Of a stretch of 64,000 bases of DNA, positions 24,075 to 36,889 are shown in pieces (the stretch's first letter is position 1; the number at the start of each line of letters is the position of its first letter). The notes beneath the pieces were generated by a model, which was not told the DNA's origin, ran no database searches, and saw only the letters and a program-made list of their open reading frames with translations. The position numbers and the translations under genes are program-made. This DNA is from Rhynchobatus australiae (taxonomy: Eukaryota): assembly GCA_034780895.1 (NCBI GenBank), contig JAUZTB010000033.1:30537820-30601819 (forward strand), given 5' to 3'.

Positions 24075-24792
24075 AAAAGCAGAACCCTGTAGATTCTGGA
24101 AATACTTAGCAGCTCAGGCAGCATCTGTGGACACAGAAACAGGATTTAATGTTTTGAGCTGAGGACCTTTCATCAGAAGTGGGAGTAGCGAGAAATGAAA
24201 CAAGCTTTAAGTTGCAGGAAAAAGGGAGGAGGGGTAGTGAAAATAAAAATAAGGATGTTTGTGAAAGGGTGGAAAACAGTTTAATTCTCTATCTCATTCC
24301 TACACTCATCTTTCTATCTTTGCCTCTCACACTTTTTCAATGAAGTTCCATGTAAACTCAAGAACTAGGAGTTCATCTTCTGACTAGGCATTCAGGGTTA
24401 AACAATAAATTCAACTATTCTGGATAATTGACCATTCCAAATTATATTTTGCATTTCCAGCAGTTTTCTTTTCTCTTCTTCTGGTATCTCAGATATTATT
24501 TACTGTCTCCATTTCCACCTCCTCCATACACACCTTTCCTTTCGTCTTTCAGCCTGCACCACCACCATGGACAACCCCACCCTCCCCCCCCCCCAAAATN
24601 NNNNNNNNNCTCCATTCTTCCACAGATATTCATTTTTGTCCTTTTCCCCTCTGGACCACCCCACCTCCCAATGACTTCTTTGCAAATTAGAGCCTGTTTC
24701 CTTCCAAATGGTTACTGACCTGAAATGTGAACTCTGCTTCTCTCCTCACAGATGCTGCCTGTTGCGTATTTCCAGCAGTTTCTGTTTTTATT
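24075..24792 (+). mobile_element. Penelope-like element with inverted terminal pLTRs and GIY-YIG C-terminal remnant
   Basis: The left end (ctggaaatacttagcagctcaggcagcatctgtgg) is the inverse of the right end (cacagatgctgcctg..gtatttccagcag). 24345-24427 is a decayed RKLEEQHLIFRLG...GLNIEFNNF*-type terminus. Confidence 0.75.
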
Positions 24793-25878
24793 GAATTCTT
24801 ATTAATGGCGGCCATACATTATGGGATTGTCATAAATGCCTCTCTCGCTCATTGATGTCCATCAGGGAAGGATGTTTGTCACTCTCACTCAGTCTGGTCT
24901 TTTGATAATTCAAGATCCATAGCAACATGGTCAATTCTTAAACACCAGTTAAATGGCCCAAAAAGGCATGCGGTTCAAGGCTGATTAAGGCAGGCAATAA
25001 ATACTGCCCAATGTAGCAAAAACCCCATCCAATAAATAAATAAGAAAAACACTTAAGAATACCAGAGCATGTAAGACATGCGTAGAAGTATTTAATTAAA
25101 GATAGTTATAGTTCTTTAACAGAATAAATGGTCACCATTCCATTAATCATAACACACTCACCTAAGAATTAAGCTTCATATTTTTATAGCAAACTATTCC
25201 TGTTGTCAGCCAATAAAAAGATAGTTTAATTACACATTCAGCAGACTAAAAATTCTCTTTTCATTCCCAAGAAAAGGCTAAAATTATAATCTATCAAGGC
25301 TTTTTGTGTGGAAAGGTTAGCTATTAAGTAGTTCATCCTACCTTTGCCCATGACTCAGCAATTTCAAATATCTCAATTCAAACAAAATCAACACCCAAAA
25401 GTATGTCTATGATACAAAACTGACTTATCTATGTGCTAGCAGAGATGTTTTCTGAAATTTCTCTTGCGCTAACCTAGTTAGTTATTGTTGTTCCTTTTGT
25501 CAGTGTGAATAAGTTGTAAGGACTGACTCTCTCCTTACAAAGATGTGAAAAGTGAATGGCATGGTGCAATGCCTCTTTTCTTGGTGCATAATTGTAAATC
25601 ACAGATAAGACGGGTCTTATTAGCCTGATGCTACTCAAGTGTGCTTCATGACCGAGGTACAAGAGCAGATGAACATTGAAGAGTTTTGGTATTACAGAAT
25701 ATACTAGAGAAAGGGATACTAATTAAACTCTTTAAATGACCTCAAAGCACTATTATTATGACAACCATCGGATATCCTTTTTAACCACGCCAATCCTATA
25801 CACTTGCTTTGGCTACCTAACCAAAATGGTTTTGTTAACCGTGTGTGAACTCAAAAGGGAAAAGGAGCCCATGCCTAC

Positions 25879-26089
25879 CGTCTTGTTCAGTCTTTGTCAT
25901 TTCTTCGAGCTTCTTCTGTTTCAATGTGTCCACCACGTCAGCTAAGCTTCCTTTGCGTCTCTCAGGTGTTCCAAAAGCTGCACTAGTGATCATGTCACTG
26001 CGTTCGCGGGCCCCTTCTTCTGGCTTGTGCGGTGAGGTAGTTGCATTGCGGAAGGAGTACAAGGAACAGACTTTGTTGTTGTCAGAATC
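25879..26089 (-). CDS. SOX6: SOX6 second coding exon (211 nt, phase 0 to phase 1)
   Basis: Translates [70 protein letters not shown], containing the SoxD signature [21 protein letters not shown]. Acceptor tttttctttttaatAG|GAT and donor GACG|gtaggc. In frame with the upstream exon. Confidence 0.96.
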
Positions 26090-26627
26090 CTATTAAAAAG
26101 AAAAAAATGATGTATTGGCATAATCCTACTCAGCAGCAACATGAAATTGCTGTAGTATCTTCTAGTAAGTCATTTTCAAATGTTTAATTCACACTCCCAT
26201 CCAACTCAGCTATTTTCTTCCCTCATTTGGGAGAACCAAATGATTCAGAAGAATGTTATCACCATGAACACCATTCATGCCATTCTTCATTTACTTATAT
26301 GACATTCAGTAGAATTCTAACAGTTACAATTCCTTCTTTCCCAAACAAAAGACACAAGGAAAAGCTCAAGGAAACATATGGTTCCATAAATCAATCGAGA
26401 CTGGAATCNNNNNNNNNNNNNNNNNNNNNNNNNNNNTCAAATATTGTGATGTCTGTTTGATTGGTTAGTTTACCAAAGCACTGTTGTTAGATGAAGTCAT
26501 AAATGTCTATCAGATGATTAGACACCTGAGCAACCTGCCAATTATTATGAGAAAAATAAAAAAAACAGAATAGCATTGACGACATGCAGTGGATTTCACT
26601 AACAAATATGGTAAACCCTTTGACTTC

Positions 26628-26931
26628 TAGAGTCATAGAGTCACACAGTATGGAAACAGTCCCTTCAGCCCTCTGAGTCTGCACCAACCACTGAGAACCT
26701 ATTTACACTATCCTACACTAATTTTATTTTATTCTCTACATATTCCCAAAAACTCTCCCCAGATTCTATCACTCATCCATACACTAGGAGCCAATCAACC
26801 TATCAGCATTCATGTCTTCAGGATGTGGGAAGAAACCAGAGCACCCTGACAAAACCCACATAATCACAGAGAGAGTGTGCACACAGTCAGCAATGGAGGT
26901 CAGAACTGATCCCAGGTCACTGGAGCTGTGA
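26628..26931 (-). mobile_element. V-SINE (HE1-like)
   Basis: ggatgtgggaagaaaccagagcaccctgacaaaacccaca V-domain, plus CR1-type tail agagtcatagagtcacacagtatggaaacag.cccttcagccc. Confidence 0.8.
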
Positions 26932-28146
26932 CTACAATATTTACAAAATATTTTAGAAATACCATTGGGTAGATCATCTTCACTGACCCACCTGTAATCC
27001 TTCATCCTGAACTCCTGAAATCCTGCTGTGNNNNNNNNNNNNNNNNNNNNNNNNNNNNNNNNNNNNNNNNNNNNNNNNNNNNNNNNNNNNNNNNNNNNNN
27101 NNNNNNNNNNNNNNNNNNNNNNNNNNNNNNNNNNNNNNNNNNNNNNNNNNNNNNNNNNNNNNNNNNNNNNNNNNNNNNNNNNNNNNNNNNNNNNNNNNNN
27201 NNNNNNNNNNNNNNNNNNNNNNNNNNNNNNNNNNNNNNNNNNNNNNNNNNNNNNNNNNNNNNNNNNNNNNNNNNNNNNNNNNNNNNNNNNNNNNNNNNNN
27301 NNNNNNNNNNNNNNNNNNNNNNNNNNNNNNNNNNNNNNNNNNNNNNNNNNNNNNNNNNNNNNNNNNNNNNNNNNNNNNNNNNNNNNNNNTTCATCCTTAA
27401 AGCCCGGACCAAGTCTCTTGTGAATTCTGCAAACAAAATTAGCCTGATTCTCATTACATTAAAGCCATAAAAGTTCTGTGAAAATGAAATTAGGGGATGA
27501 AAAAAGAAAAGTATTGATAATCGGCATGAACAGGCTTTCTTTGTGCCAAGTTATAATGAAAATTTTCGTTTAGATAAAACACGAAGGATGAATTTCCACA
27601 GTTCTGGTATTTCCTGAGATTAACAACTCTTTCAGCACTCCCTCAAAAGTGAGATCCAATCGCTATACACAGGTTTCTGCTGGTATACCACGCAGCGATT
27701 CAAGCAATGGGTGTTCTTTGACACTAAGACCAAGCCAAATATTGCATCTTTCATGTGAGGTTAAGAGAAGTAACACAAGAAGTAGAAAGTGTCACCCATG
27801 CCTCTCCGTATGTGGAATTGCAGAGAATCACAGAACAAATTAGATCTTACCTATCCTCAAAAATAAAATCCGTATCTATTGAATTTAAATACATTTTGTT
27901 GGTTGGGTTATTTTTTTTAAGGTCTATTGAGATAGGAGCTCTACAGAACTTCATTGTTCCCTGCAGGCACACTCCCTGACGAAACCTGGCGATGATGTCG
28001 ATAGAGTGCATCTGTTCTCACTGCGTGTTTGCCTACTGACATATGTGGAGCAGCCAGTTACATAAGATTGTGTTGTATAGCCAGGAGCTGGCTGAATAAA
28101 CTGAGCCAATAAGAGACGTGAAGGAGGAAACTAATTTCTACTGAAA

Positions 28147-28512
28147 CTGTAGCATTCTCAACTCTGAAGCAGACGGTTATGGGTTCAAGTCCCACTCCAG
28201 AGATTTGAGATTTGGCTGACTCTTGAGGGAATGCTGCTCTGTTGGAGGAGCCACCTCTCAGTTGAACCATTAAAACCAGTTCTCACAGGTAGATATGAAT
28301 AATCCCATGGAATGATAAAAAAAAGTGAGTTACTCCTCAATCAACTTCAATGAAAAATCGTTTTATGTCACTGTGACATTACTCTTTGTGGGTTTGCTAT
28401 GTATAAATTGGATGCAACATTTCTTACATTGCAATAGAATTACTCTACATTGGCTGAAAAGTGATTTGGAATATCCAGAAAGGCAATGTATAAATGAAAG
28501 ACTTGTTTTCTT
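28147..28512 (+). mobile_element. DeuSINE (SacSINE1-like)
   Basis: B-box gggttcaagtcccactccagaga; gagggaatgctgc.ctgttggagg; atcccatgg; tttgtggg..tgctatgtataaattgg; cattggctgaaaagtg. Confidence 0.75.
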
Positions 28513-31039
28513 ATTTTTTTAAAATTATTGCACCTTTACATAAATTTATTCAGGAAGAAGGGATACAGAAAGTAGCAAATTACAGAGCAGAGCAGACTTG
28601 AAAGGCCAAGTGTCCTAATTCATATGTTCGCATAAGAATTACCCTTTATAATACACACAATACAATCAAGCAGTCTTCTTTGAAAACAAATGCTAAAACT
28701 TCATGCCCAATTAGTTGAAGTGAACCATTCACCTACACAGATAAACTCAGTTTTTCTGTCCATCTTCATCATATTTTAAACCAACATATTCAAATTATTG
28801 TGCAACATAAACTAGGAAATTCTAATCATACTGTACTTGACAAAATAAACTTGAAGACAATTCCCCTATAGTTTCCCTAAGTTCTGCTATCGTCTGCTTA
28901 GTACAAACAAGTGCTTTTTCAATTTAAGGCAGCACAATCCCATATGTGTAATATTATTCAGTTAATTACAAAGAGCTTAATTCTGCCCAGATTAGTGTGG
29001 GTTTCTCTTCTACTACTGAACACTCCTATCATTTGCAACCACAGAAATATTACACAGGCCCTCAAAGCACAAACAAGTACAGACATCTTGGGATAATTTC
29101 TAACCAGAGATAATGGGTACAGGCAGACACATCTTTTAATTACCTTTATTTAAGTATTTTAATTAAAGAGTATTAATTACATCGTGTTGCAGAGGTTCAA
29201 TCGTGGTTGTCGCTCAGTTATACGACTGTGATGCATTAACAAAATCTCTGGGGTTTATGCCCTTCTACTGGGATAAACCTATGTTTAGCCTGGAATTCCA
29301 TTATTCTAGATGTTAGTCTGTACTGCTGCTGGTTTACTTTTGCCAGATAAATCCTGGTTCACATCTGCATTGAATTCTGAGAGGGGTGTATTTGACAAAT
29401 GGGTAATATTCAGTCAAAGAGTTCAACCATTGAGGATACCATGTCATTACAAACTCAAGTGAAAGCATGTTAAAGAAATTCATCTTTGGCTGCCTGTACA
29501 AGGGTATCAGCCATGGGTTGTGCTCACCTCTACATGTTAAGATTTCATTGATCTGAATGGGCCAATATGGGATTGTGGGTGCAATGGACAGCCAATACTC
29601 TAGACTATGTTTTGTGCATGCAGCCAAAGATGATTTAGCTTGATTCACGTTGGAGTAAAGTAAAAGTGACCTCTGATAAACCAACTAGTGCAAAGATGTC
29701 ACAGCAAAACAACATCATTGTTATGTACAAGCATTCCAGTATCTAAAAGCCAGTAATTGCATGTAATTTAACATTATTAGTGAGTTGTATAGATTCCACA
29801 AACACCTTTATTGTCCAGGCTGCAGTTGCTGGACCTTTAAGAGCTCGAATTGACATAAAAGATTAAACATTGAAAAGTCCAATTAAAGAAAGGAGGGGAG
29901 GGATTGGCTGTAAACCAAGACAGATAATCCTTATAAACATGCAGGAATGCGGTAAGCTTAAAGTGAATGCTGGCTGTTCTGCTGCACGTTTCATGTTACA
30001 CATAGTGCACATCCTGGTCAGAAGGTTCTTTCACCATTGCACCCAAATCATATAGCTCCTCCTTCTATCCCAGTATTGAGAGAATTAAGGTATTGCTTTC
30101 CCTAAGCAAGTGATGTGTAAGGCGTATATTGTTGTGTTGCAATATGAAGTGAGCGCCAGCCAAAAAACAATACTTGTGTATTGTGTGCACATAGTCAAGG
30201 TCTGTTTTTCAAATCTATTGGCAGACATTCAGAAAAGCAATCCACACAAACACACACGTTCACAGGCAGAAGTTGTTAATCAACATGCACATTTGACTCA
30301 TTGCTCCAGTAGAGAAGTACAGTTTACAATGGGTTTGCCCAGGCAACATGCCTTTGAGGAGACATATTACACAACCACCATAATTATCATCATTCAATCT
30401 CTTTTATAGAGCATGGAGTCACAATTGATGCACACATCCAAATAACAACATTCAGGGTATTCCCTAGTCATCAATTAAAAGTCAACAGAAGGGAGTTTAT
30501 CTGGAGTTTTACTTTGTGAATCACAATTATAGAGGCTCCATGAACTCATTAATAGGAAAAAAAAAGAGGCCAATCAGCTAAAAATTTTTATCCAAGAAAT
30601 TACATCTTTTCAATCTAGAACTTCCAAGTATTCATGGTCCCAAAGACTGATGGCATGCTTTATTCAAGGAAAGCCATCTTTAAGTTCAGCTGATTGACAA
30701 CATGCAGTTACTCTCCAAGATCTTAAACAAGTAAAATGTAAAAGCAATAAAGGAAACGCCAAAAGGCAGAAAGAATAGGATCTCTAATGTCACAATATAA
30801 ATGACAGCACTTTTAGGCCTTACTGCAATGAACTGCTGTTAACCTCCCATGTCACGATGACAATAATTATAGCCCCATGATTGCTGTCACAATAAAATGG
30901 CCTTAACTTTCAATGTTACTTGAACAATTGTCCAAATATTTGCTGAACTAAGTCACTATTGTTGCAAGTAATTGCACACAAAATGTAAAATAGGAAAATA
31001 TTCTGCTCAATGAGTAAGGCAAGTATAGGAATGCAATTA

Positions 31040-32015
31040 AAAGGGATATCAAGAAAGTACAGAGAATGCAAATAAAACAGACAAGTAAAACCAAAGGAAA
31101 TCTAAAACTGTTTTATAAATACATAAAGAGCAAGAGGGTAACTAATGAAAGAGTAGTGTTTATTGCGGACCAAAAGCATAGTCCATGTGGGGAGACAACG
31201 GATGTGGGCAAGACTATGAATTAATACTTTGCGGCTTTTTTCTAAAAGGACATGTTGCCGATGATGTAATTGGACAAGTGTGAAATACTGAATGGGATAA
31301 ACTAGTAAATGAGGAAGTGTTCAGGTGTTTAGCACCTTTTATAGTAGAAAAAATTGCCAGTTCTGATAGAAACATCTTCCAGGCTGTTAAAGGAAGGAAG
31401 GGGAGGAAATTACTGAGGATCTGACCATCATTTCTCATTGCTACAGGAATGGGACCAAAGGATTGGAAGATTTCTAATGTTGCACGGTTCTTTAAAAAAG
31501 TGAAGGGATGTTCAGTAATTAGAAGCCACTTAGTTTAAATTCATAGATTGTCAACCATTGAAATCAATTCTAAGGGCTAATATAAATATTTATTTAGAGG
31601 TGCTTGAGTTAATCAAGGGCAGTCAACATAGATTTGCTAAGGAGAGATCCAGTCTACCTAGAAGCCAAATAGTGCAGATGTTAGAAGGTCATTGACCTTA
31701 AGATCTTTTTCTCTCTCCACAGATGCTGCCTGATCGGCTGAGTATTTCCAGAATTTTCCATTTTTATTCTTGTCTGACTAACCTGATTAAAGTTTTTGAG
31801 AAAGTAACAATAAAGGTCAATGAGGGCATTGCATTTGACGTAGATTTAAAAAGGTCCACATGGTAGGCTGATCAAAGAAGTAAAGACCCACAGGATTCAA
31901 TGAAGAGTGGCACATTTGATCAGAAGTTGGCATAGTGCCAGGAAACAAAGGGTATGGAGTGAAGGCTGAAAGACCTCCTTCTCTGTCATAAGTTTACTTG
32001 GCTTCTATGATTCTG
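31040..32015 (+). mobile_element. CR1 LINE ORF2 relic with a nested Penelope-derived fragment (about 31660-31770)
   Basis: NLKLFYKYIKSKRVT, DWKISNV..FFKK and CLTNLIKVFEKVT motifs. The nested piece ctctctccacagatgctgcctga..gctgagtatttccag splits the GRS|CLTNL motif. Confidence 0.8.
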
Positions 32016-32174
32016 TGAAGATCTTCCAAAATCCCAAATAAGCATCCGTGATTTTCCTCTGTGCTTTAATTTTATACTTACATCTATTTTTATTACTACT
32101 ATTAGCAAACAGTATAAATTGTAGTTTTCAACATAGACTATATTGATAATAAACCAAGGGAAATTACAAAGAAT

Positions 32175-32770
32175 GTTACAGAAAAAAACATCAAAGAATC
32201 AGGCCATTTCCCAACCATTATATGCTGGTGTTTATACTGTACATAAGCCTCTTCCTATTTTTCTTCTTCCAACTCTATCAGTGAAGCCACTATAATAATC
32301 TCCCTCACATGCTTACTTAGTTTCCTTGAAATGCATCTGTATTATTCACATCTTCCACTCCCAATGCCAGCAAGTTCAATATTTTCTGTGCAAACGTCTA
32401 AGCACATCAATTTCCTCTGAATCCCTTTTTGTTTTTTGGAGTCTTACCTACTGATGGTTTCTAGATTTGCTCTTCCCACAAATGGAAACACTCCCCCAGT
32501 GACTACTCTAGCAAAACCTTTGAACATTTTAAAGATCACTATTAGTTCATCCCATTGGCCTTCTCTTTTCAAAAGAAAAGAGAGTCAGTCTACTCACACT
32601 TTCCTGATAGGTATAACCTTGCTGTTCTGATATCATTCATGTGTATCCTCAACTGTGCCTCCCTATCTGTTTTGTAATAACATGAGCAGAGCAATATGCA
32701 ATAATCCAAATATTGTCTAAACAAGATATGATACCAGTTTATCAAAAATGATACTGTTCAAGTCCATCCC
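32175..32770 (-). mobile_element. CR1 LINE 3' fragment
   Basis: caggccattt tail; tttcctctgaatccc; cattttaaagatc.ctattag; ccttctcttttcaaaagaaaag are reverse-complement CR1 hallmarks. Confidence 0.7.
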
Positions 32771-34889
32771 TTGTCTCCTTATATATTGCATCGAGATTTA
32801 ATATAAGAATATTTCAAAGAGTATTTCTTATCAAAGATATCCAGTGTTCTGGACTCATTCACCACAGAGCAATACATCACAAGTGAAGGAAAATACTTAA
32901 ATTCTCACTGCTATACTTTTAGTCAAAACAATGTCAATTATCTAAGCATGCTTTATCTTAAGTAAGTATTTTAAAACCCAGTCAACTTAAATCTCTGAAG
33001 AGAGATACAATGGGAATGATGGGTACTTAAGGAAAATATTTTAACACTGGAGCAAGAACAATTGAAGCCATTATATATTGTAATATACAACCACTTAACT
33101 GAACGTATGATAGGTAATGCAATCACCCAAATGCTGAAAGTTATCGCCAGAAGGAAAATTCCAATGTTGTTATATCGAGGTTTGCCAGCTTAATCATTCC
33201 ATTCTTCTGGTATAGAGTAAAATGTTCAAATATCTATTTATAATGTAAGGTTGAAAATGGCCTCAAAATTCATAATTGTGTAAGGTGATCCTTGCTGGTG
33301 AAGTAGAATTGGCTTTTCTATAATTACTCATGGCATAGTGTTCTAACAACACCATCGTTAACAACAGCCTCTTAAAGGAAAGTCCAAGGAATTACTTTTT
33401 GTTCAAAGGATTTCCTTTTCAATCTTATCAAAGAAAATTATGCCATATCTTAAAACAAAATCAAATTTCCTAACCCATTATCAACCTCTAATTTGGCTCT
33501 TCCACTTATCAGAGCCAGTTGGCTATTATCCCTGTCCCAGCAATTTGGTTTCCTAAAATTTAACATTAATCACAGGATTTGTAAAGACAAAATACAACAT
33601 AGTCAAATATAATCCAGCTTGTATAAGACAGATCGACTTAGGAAATAGTGCTCTAAGTTGCCTCACTCCATAGCACATATTCCTTTTAAAATTATATTAC
33701 ATTAAAATGATTTACCGCATACAGCATGAGGGATTTTACACTGGTTTTAATGTACAATGGTGGGAGGGTCCAAAACTATGACATTTCCCCACTGAGCTTT
33801 TGAGGCAGCTGAACCAAGCGAGAGTGTGGTCTTCAGCACGTATATTGAATGTTATAATGTATCAGAGTGCAAGACGGATAGTTCTTTTCACTGGAAAACT
33901 AGCAGACTCCAGGCTTCAGTAAGGGTGTCGTTTACTGAATTGATCTTCCGGTAACAACTGGTGATTGTCTTGAGATGTGCCCCTGCTTACAGCTCATGGA
34001 GTACAGTACTGTGAAGATTTCCAGTCTTCACAGAATTTATCTTGTGCATATTTATAAACTTCTTTTCTCCACATAAAGGCAAATGGAGTATAGAACAGTT
34101 CCTTTGAAGTTTCTTTCTCTTCAATACTAACTTTTTTAGATTAGCAGCTACCACTGTAGATAATAGCTAGTTAGACAAATGTTGGCTTCACAAACAGTAG
34201 TATTGCTTGGTTTGCTCTTGGATGAAAGTGTTTCCATTCCATTTTAAATTGGATAACAGACACAGGAATGTAATAGAAATATCTTAAATATTTGTCTGTT
34301 CCTATCAGTAACGGTAGTTTTCAGGTCCTAGTTTTTTAAATGTATTAATTGAGGTGTGATAATGCCACAAAGAAGCTGCAGTGATTTTCCAGACAATGCT
34401 ATAATAGAACCCATACATATTCTATCCTTGATTATATTTCTCCACGATTCATCCCAGCACCGGTGCAGTTTACACCTTCTCAAATATTAACTTTATCATC
34501 AGCCAGCCTTGGTCATATTGGGGCTCACAGAATACCATCAGATTGTTTTTTGGCAGTTACTCTTTGAATGTTGCTTCTGACAGTTAATTACTGCAAATTA
34601 ATTTTTCATTTTGCTAAAGTGGTGTTGGAATACATGAGATTTATTTTGCAGATAAACAGGCCAGTGCCGTCTGGATCGCTGTCTGATTCCCAGCTTCTGC
34701 CAATGTTTTTCCCTAACTGGCAACCAGGAGGAACTAGAATTACAAATTTTCTCTTTTGTGAGCAATCCAGGTGATGAGCCAAAGCCCTGTATGAAATTCA
34801 ACCAGACACTTGAGTGGGGGAAGGGAGTCGGCACTAGGGGTTTGCCATTGGAATAAAAGTATTGACAAGAAGGTCACATGTAACTTAAT

Positions 34890-35110
34890 AACAATTAATA
34901 GCAACTTGTATCTTTATGGTGCCTTTAATGTACTAGAACAGCCAAGGTGCTTCAGATGAGCATTATCAGGCAGAACTGAATACTCAGCAACAAGGAAATA
35001 TTTGGGCAGATAACCAAAATGAGTTTTAAGGATGTCTCAAAGGAGTAATGGGAAATGGAGGTTGAGAGGTTCAGGGATAGAATCCACAAGTTTGGCACCA
35101 GTTGTGGTGT
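34890..35110 (-). mobile_element. L2-type 3' tail fragment
   Basis: caacttgtatctttatggtgcctttaatgta...ccaaggtgcttca...gagttttaaggatgtctcaaaggag...ggttcagggatagaatccaca. Confidence 0.6.
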
Positions 35111-35227
35111 TCGGGATGAGTTTTTAAACTTTAAAACTTTATTTATACAGCACAGTACCAGGCTCCTCCGGCCCAATGTCCCCATGCTGCCCAATTACAC
35201 CTACATCTTTAGAATGTGGAAGGAAAC

Positions 35228-35636
35228 TTTTTGTAATACGTTTGATTCATATTCAGCCTGCAAACTTATGAGTGTGTTGGGGCTTTTTTGCTATTATTGT
35301 CTGCATTAATTCCAGTATCGATCTGTCAAAATTTCTAGTAATTGTTCTCCTTCTCTATGCAAAAGCACAATTCTTTTATGCGTTTCATTGCTGATATGCT
35401 TCAATTCAATGAAAGTTCAAGCCTTTGGAGATGGATGGAATCCTTTGAATGTGTCACGACACGTTTTAATATCAGCAATGAAACATAAAAGAATTGTGCT
35501 TTTGTATGGAGAAGGAAAACAAATACAAGAAACTTTGACAGACTGATACTGGAATCAATGCAGACAATAATGGCAAAAAAGCCCCAACACATTCATAAGT
35601 TTGCAGTCTAAATATGATTCAATCATATTACAAAAG
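35228..35636. repeat. Long inverted repeat (arms 35228-35397 and 35469-35636, 71-nt spacer)
   Basis: Manual alignment of the left arm with the reverse complement of the right arm gives about 16 substitutions plus one 2-nt indel over about 168 nt. Confidence 0.95.
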
Positions 35637-36889
35637 GCCAGATACACAATAATGGATGTGCAATGTCCCATTCAAAGGCTTACTTCAACAACAGGCAAAA
35701 TACAATTTACCTGATTCAGTCATTAAACTAAGAGAACATAAGCAAAACACAACTGGCCTAATGCAATGGCATTTCATGATCAGTATTAACACTTAAGAAA
35801 ATAAAGAGAAAAGTACTGATAGACTAAGGTTGCAGGCATGAGATGAGAAAAGTATTTTATATGATTTGTCTTCTCAAGTGGTGACAATTCATTCCTTGAT
35901 TTCACGAATACAGGATATGGAAAGAACTGCTCTGGTCACTAGTTGCAAAGTGTAATGAAATTATAAATGTTGCCATTTTGAATAAATTCCCAGTATAATT
36001 ACTTATGGGTACAAAGACAATTCTTTACGTAATTTAGAATATTTCAAAATACAATCTATGGAGCTTGCCACTCTATTTTGCAACCTTATCATGCGTTATT
36101 TTATATATTTCTAATGTTAATTTTTTGCACAAATTAGGTTATAAGGTGTAAGTCAAATAATAAGTAACATTCCAGGGAACTCCAATCTGATGATGTCATT
36201 AAACTGGAAGTTATATTGCTGCCAAGAGTTAAAAAAACAATTATTTGCAATCTGACTTTCATTGTGGCCAAACAGTTTCAAGATCTTGGCCCAAGGGTGC
36301 AATAATAAAATTATTACTGGATTCCTTGCATAGTTAACATGAAGAGGTCAAATAACAAGCACCGAATATGTTTTGATTAGATACGGACTTCCCTAATACA
36401 TCTCATATTGTTAGGAGTACACAATACATTCCACTCCCTCTGTGAAAAAAGATTTGAAAAGTAGTTGAAAAATGCAGTCCCATTCCTGCCAAATCTCCCT
36501 TTTGGGAGAAATGCAATTAAAAAAAAGAAGTTGCCACTTCTGCAGAACATTCTAAATTTTTATTGAAATCGAGATTCACATCATCAAGCTATGTGATTCA
36601 AATCCTGGTGTAATTGAGGTGGTTCTGTCACTGAAAAGCAAATAAAAAGCAATTCTATAGAATCATTAACACTTCTACATGCAGAATAATTGACAGACAC
36701 AATCTTACAATCTTCAGTTTTGGCTTTAGACTCTGTCATAAATCATGAAAATTTATCACATTATTTCCAGCAAAAGTTTGTTACTGCCTTTAGCTTCCCC
36801 TTTCCACTTGTTGAATGCAGGTAAAAATCAATATTCAGATAAATGATGGAAGTAATCTCCTGTTAAGTGCAAAATCCCAAGTTTATTCA

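Larger units (their letters stand above)
23655..25050 (+). mobile_element. tRNA-SINE split into three pieces (about 23655-23730, 24016-24074, 24793-25050) by two later insertions
   Basis: The pieces are collinear with the minus-strand SINE at 5355-5577 (gatcc.gaga; gggaatt; ggaat; gattgtc.taaa; atgtccat.ag.gaagga). It ends in aataaataaataagaaaaa. Confidence 0.6.

Noticed and set aside
25835-25878. ORF continuation [14 protein letters not shown] after the second exon
   Set aside because: This is read-through past the G|gtaggc donor, where similarity stops.
1-25878. Next SOX6 exon (expected CMEKLLSKDWKEKMERL-like)
   Set aside because: Not found by eye or in the ORF track. It probably lies left of the window, or possibly in a gap.
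27002-27454. 131-150 aa ORFs
   Set aside because: They consist almost entirely of Ns.
27988-28042. C/D snoRNA-like pattern (gcgatga...ctga)
   Set aside because: The C box is non-canonical, there is no clear terminal stem, and it is antisense to the host gene.
34009-34033. Small hairpin ctgtgaagat-ttcca-gtcttcacag
   Set aside because: A 9-10 bp stem is expected by chance in 64 kb and is too short for a pre-miRNA.
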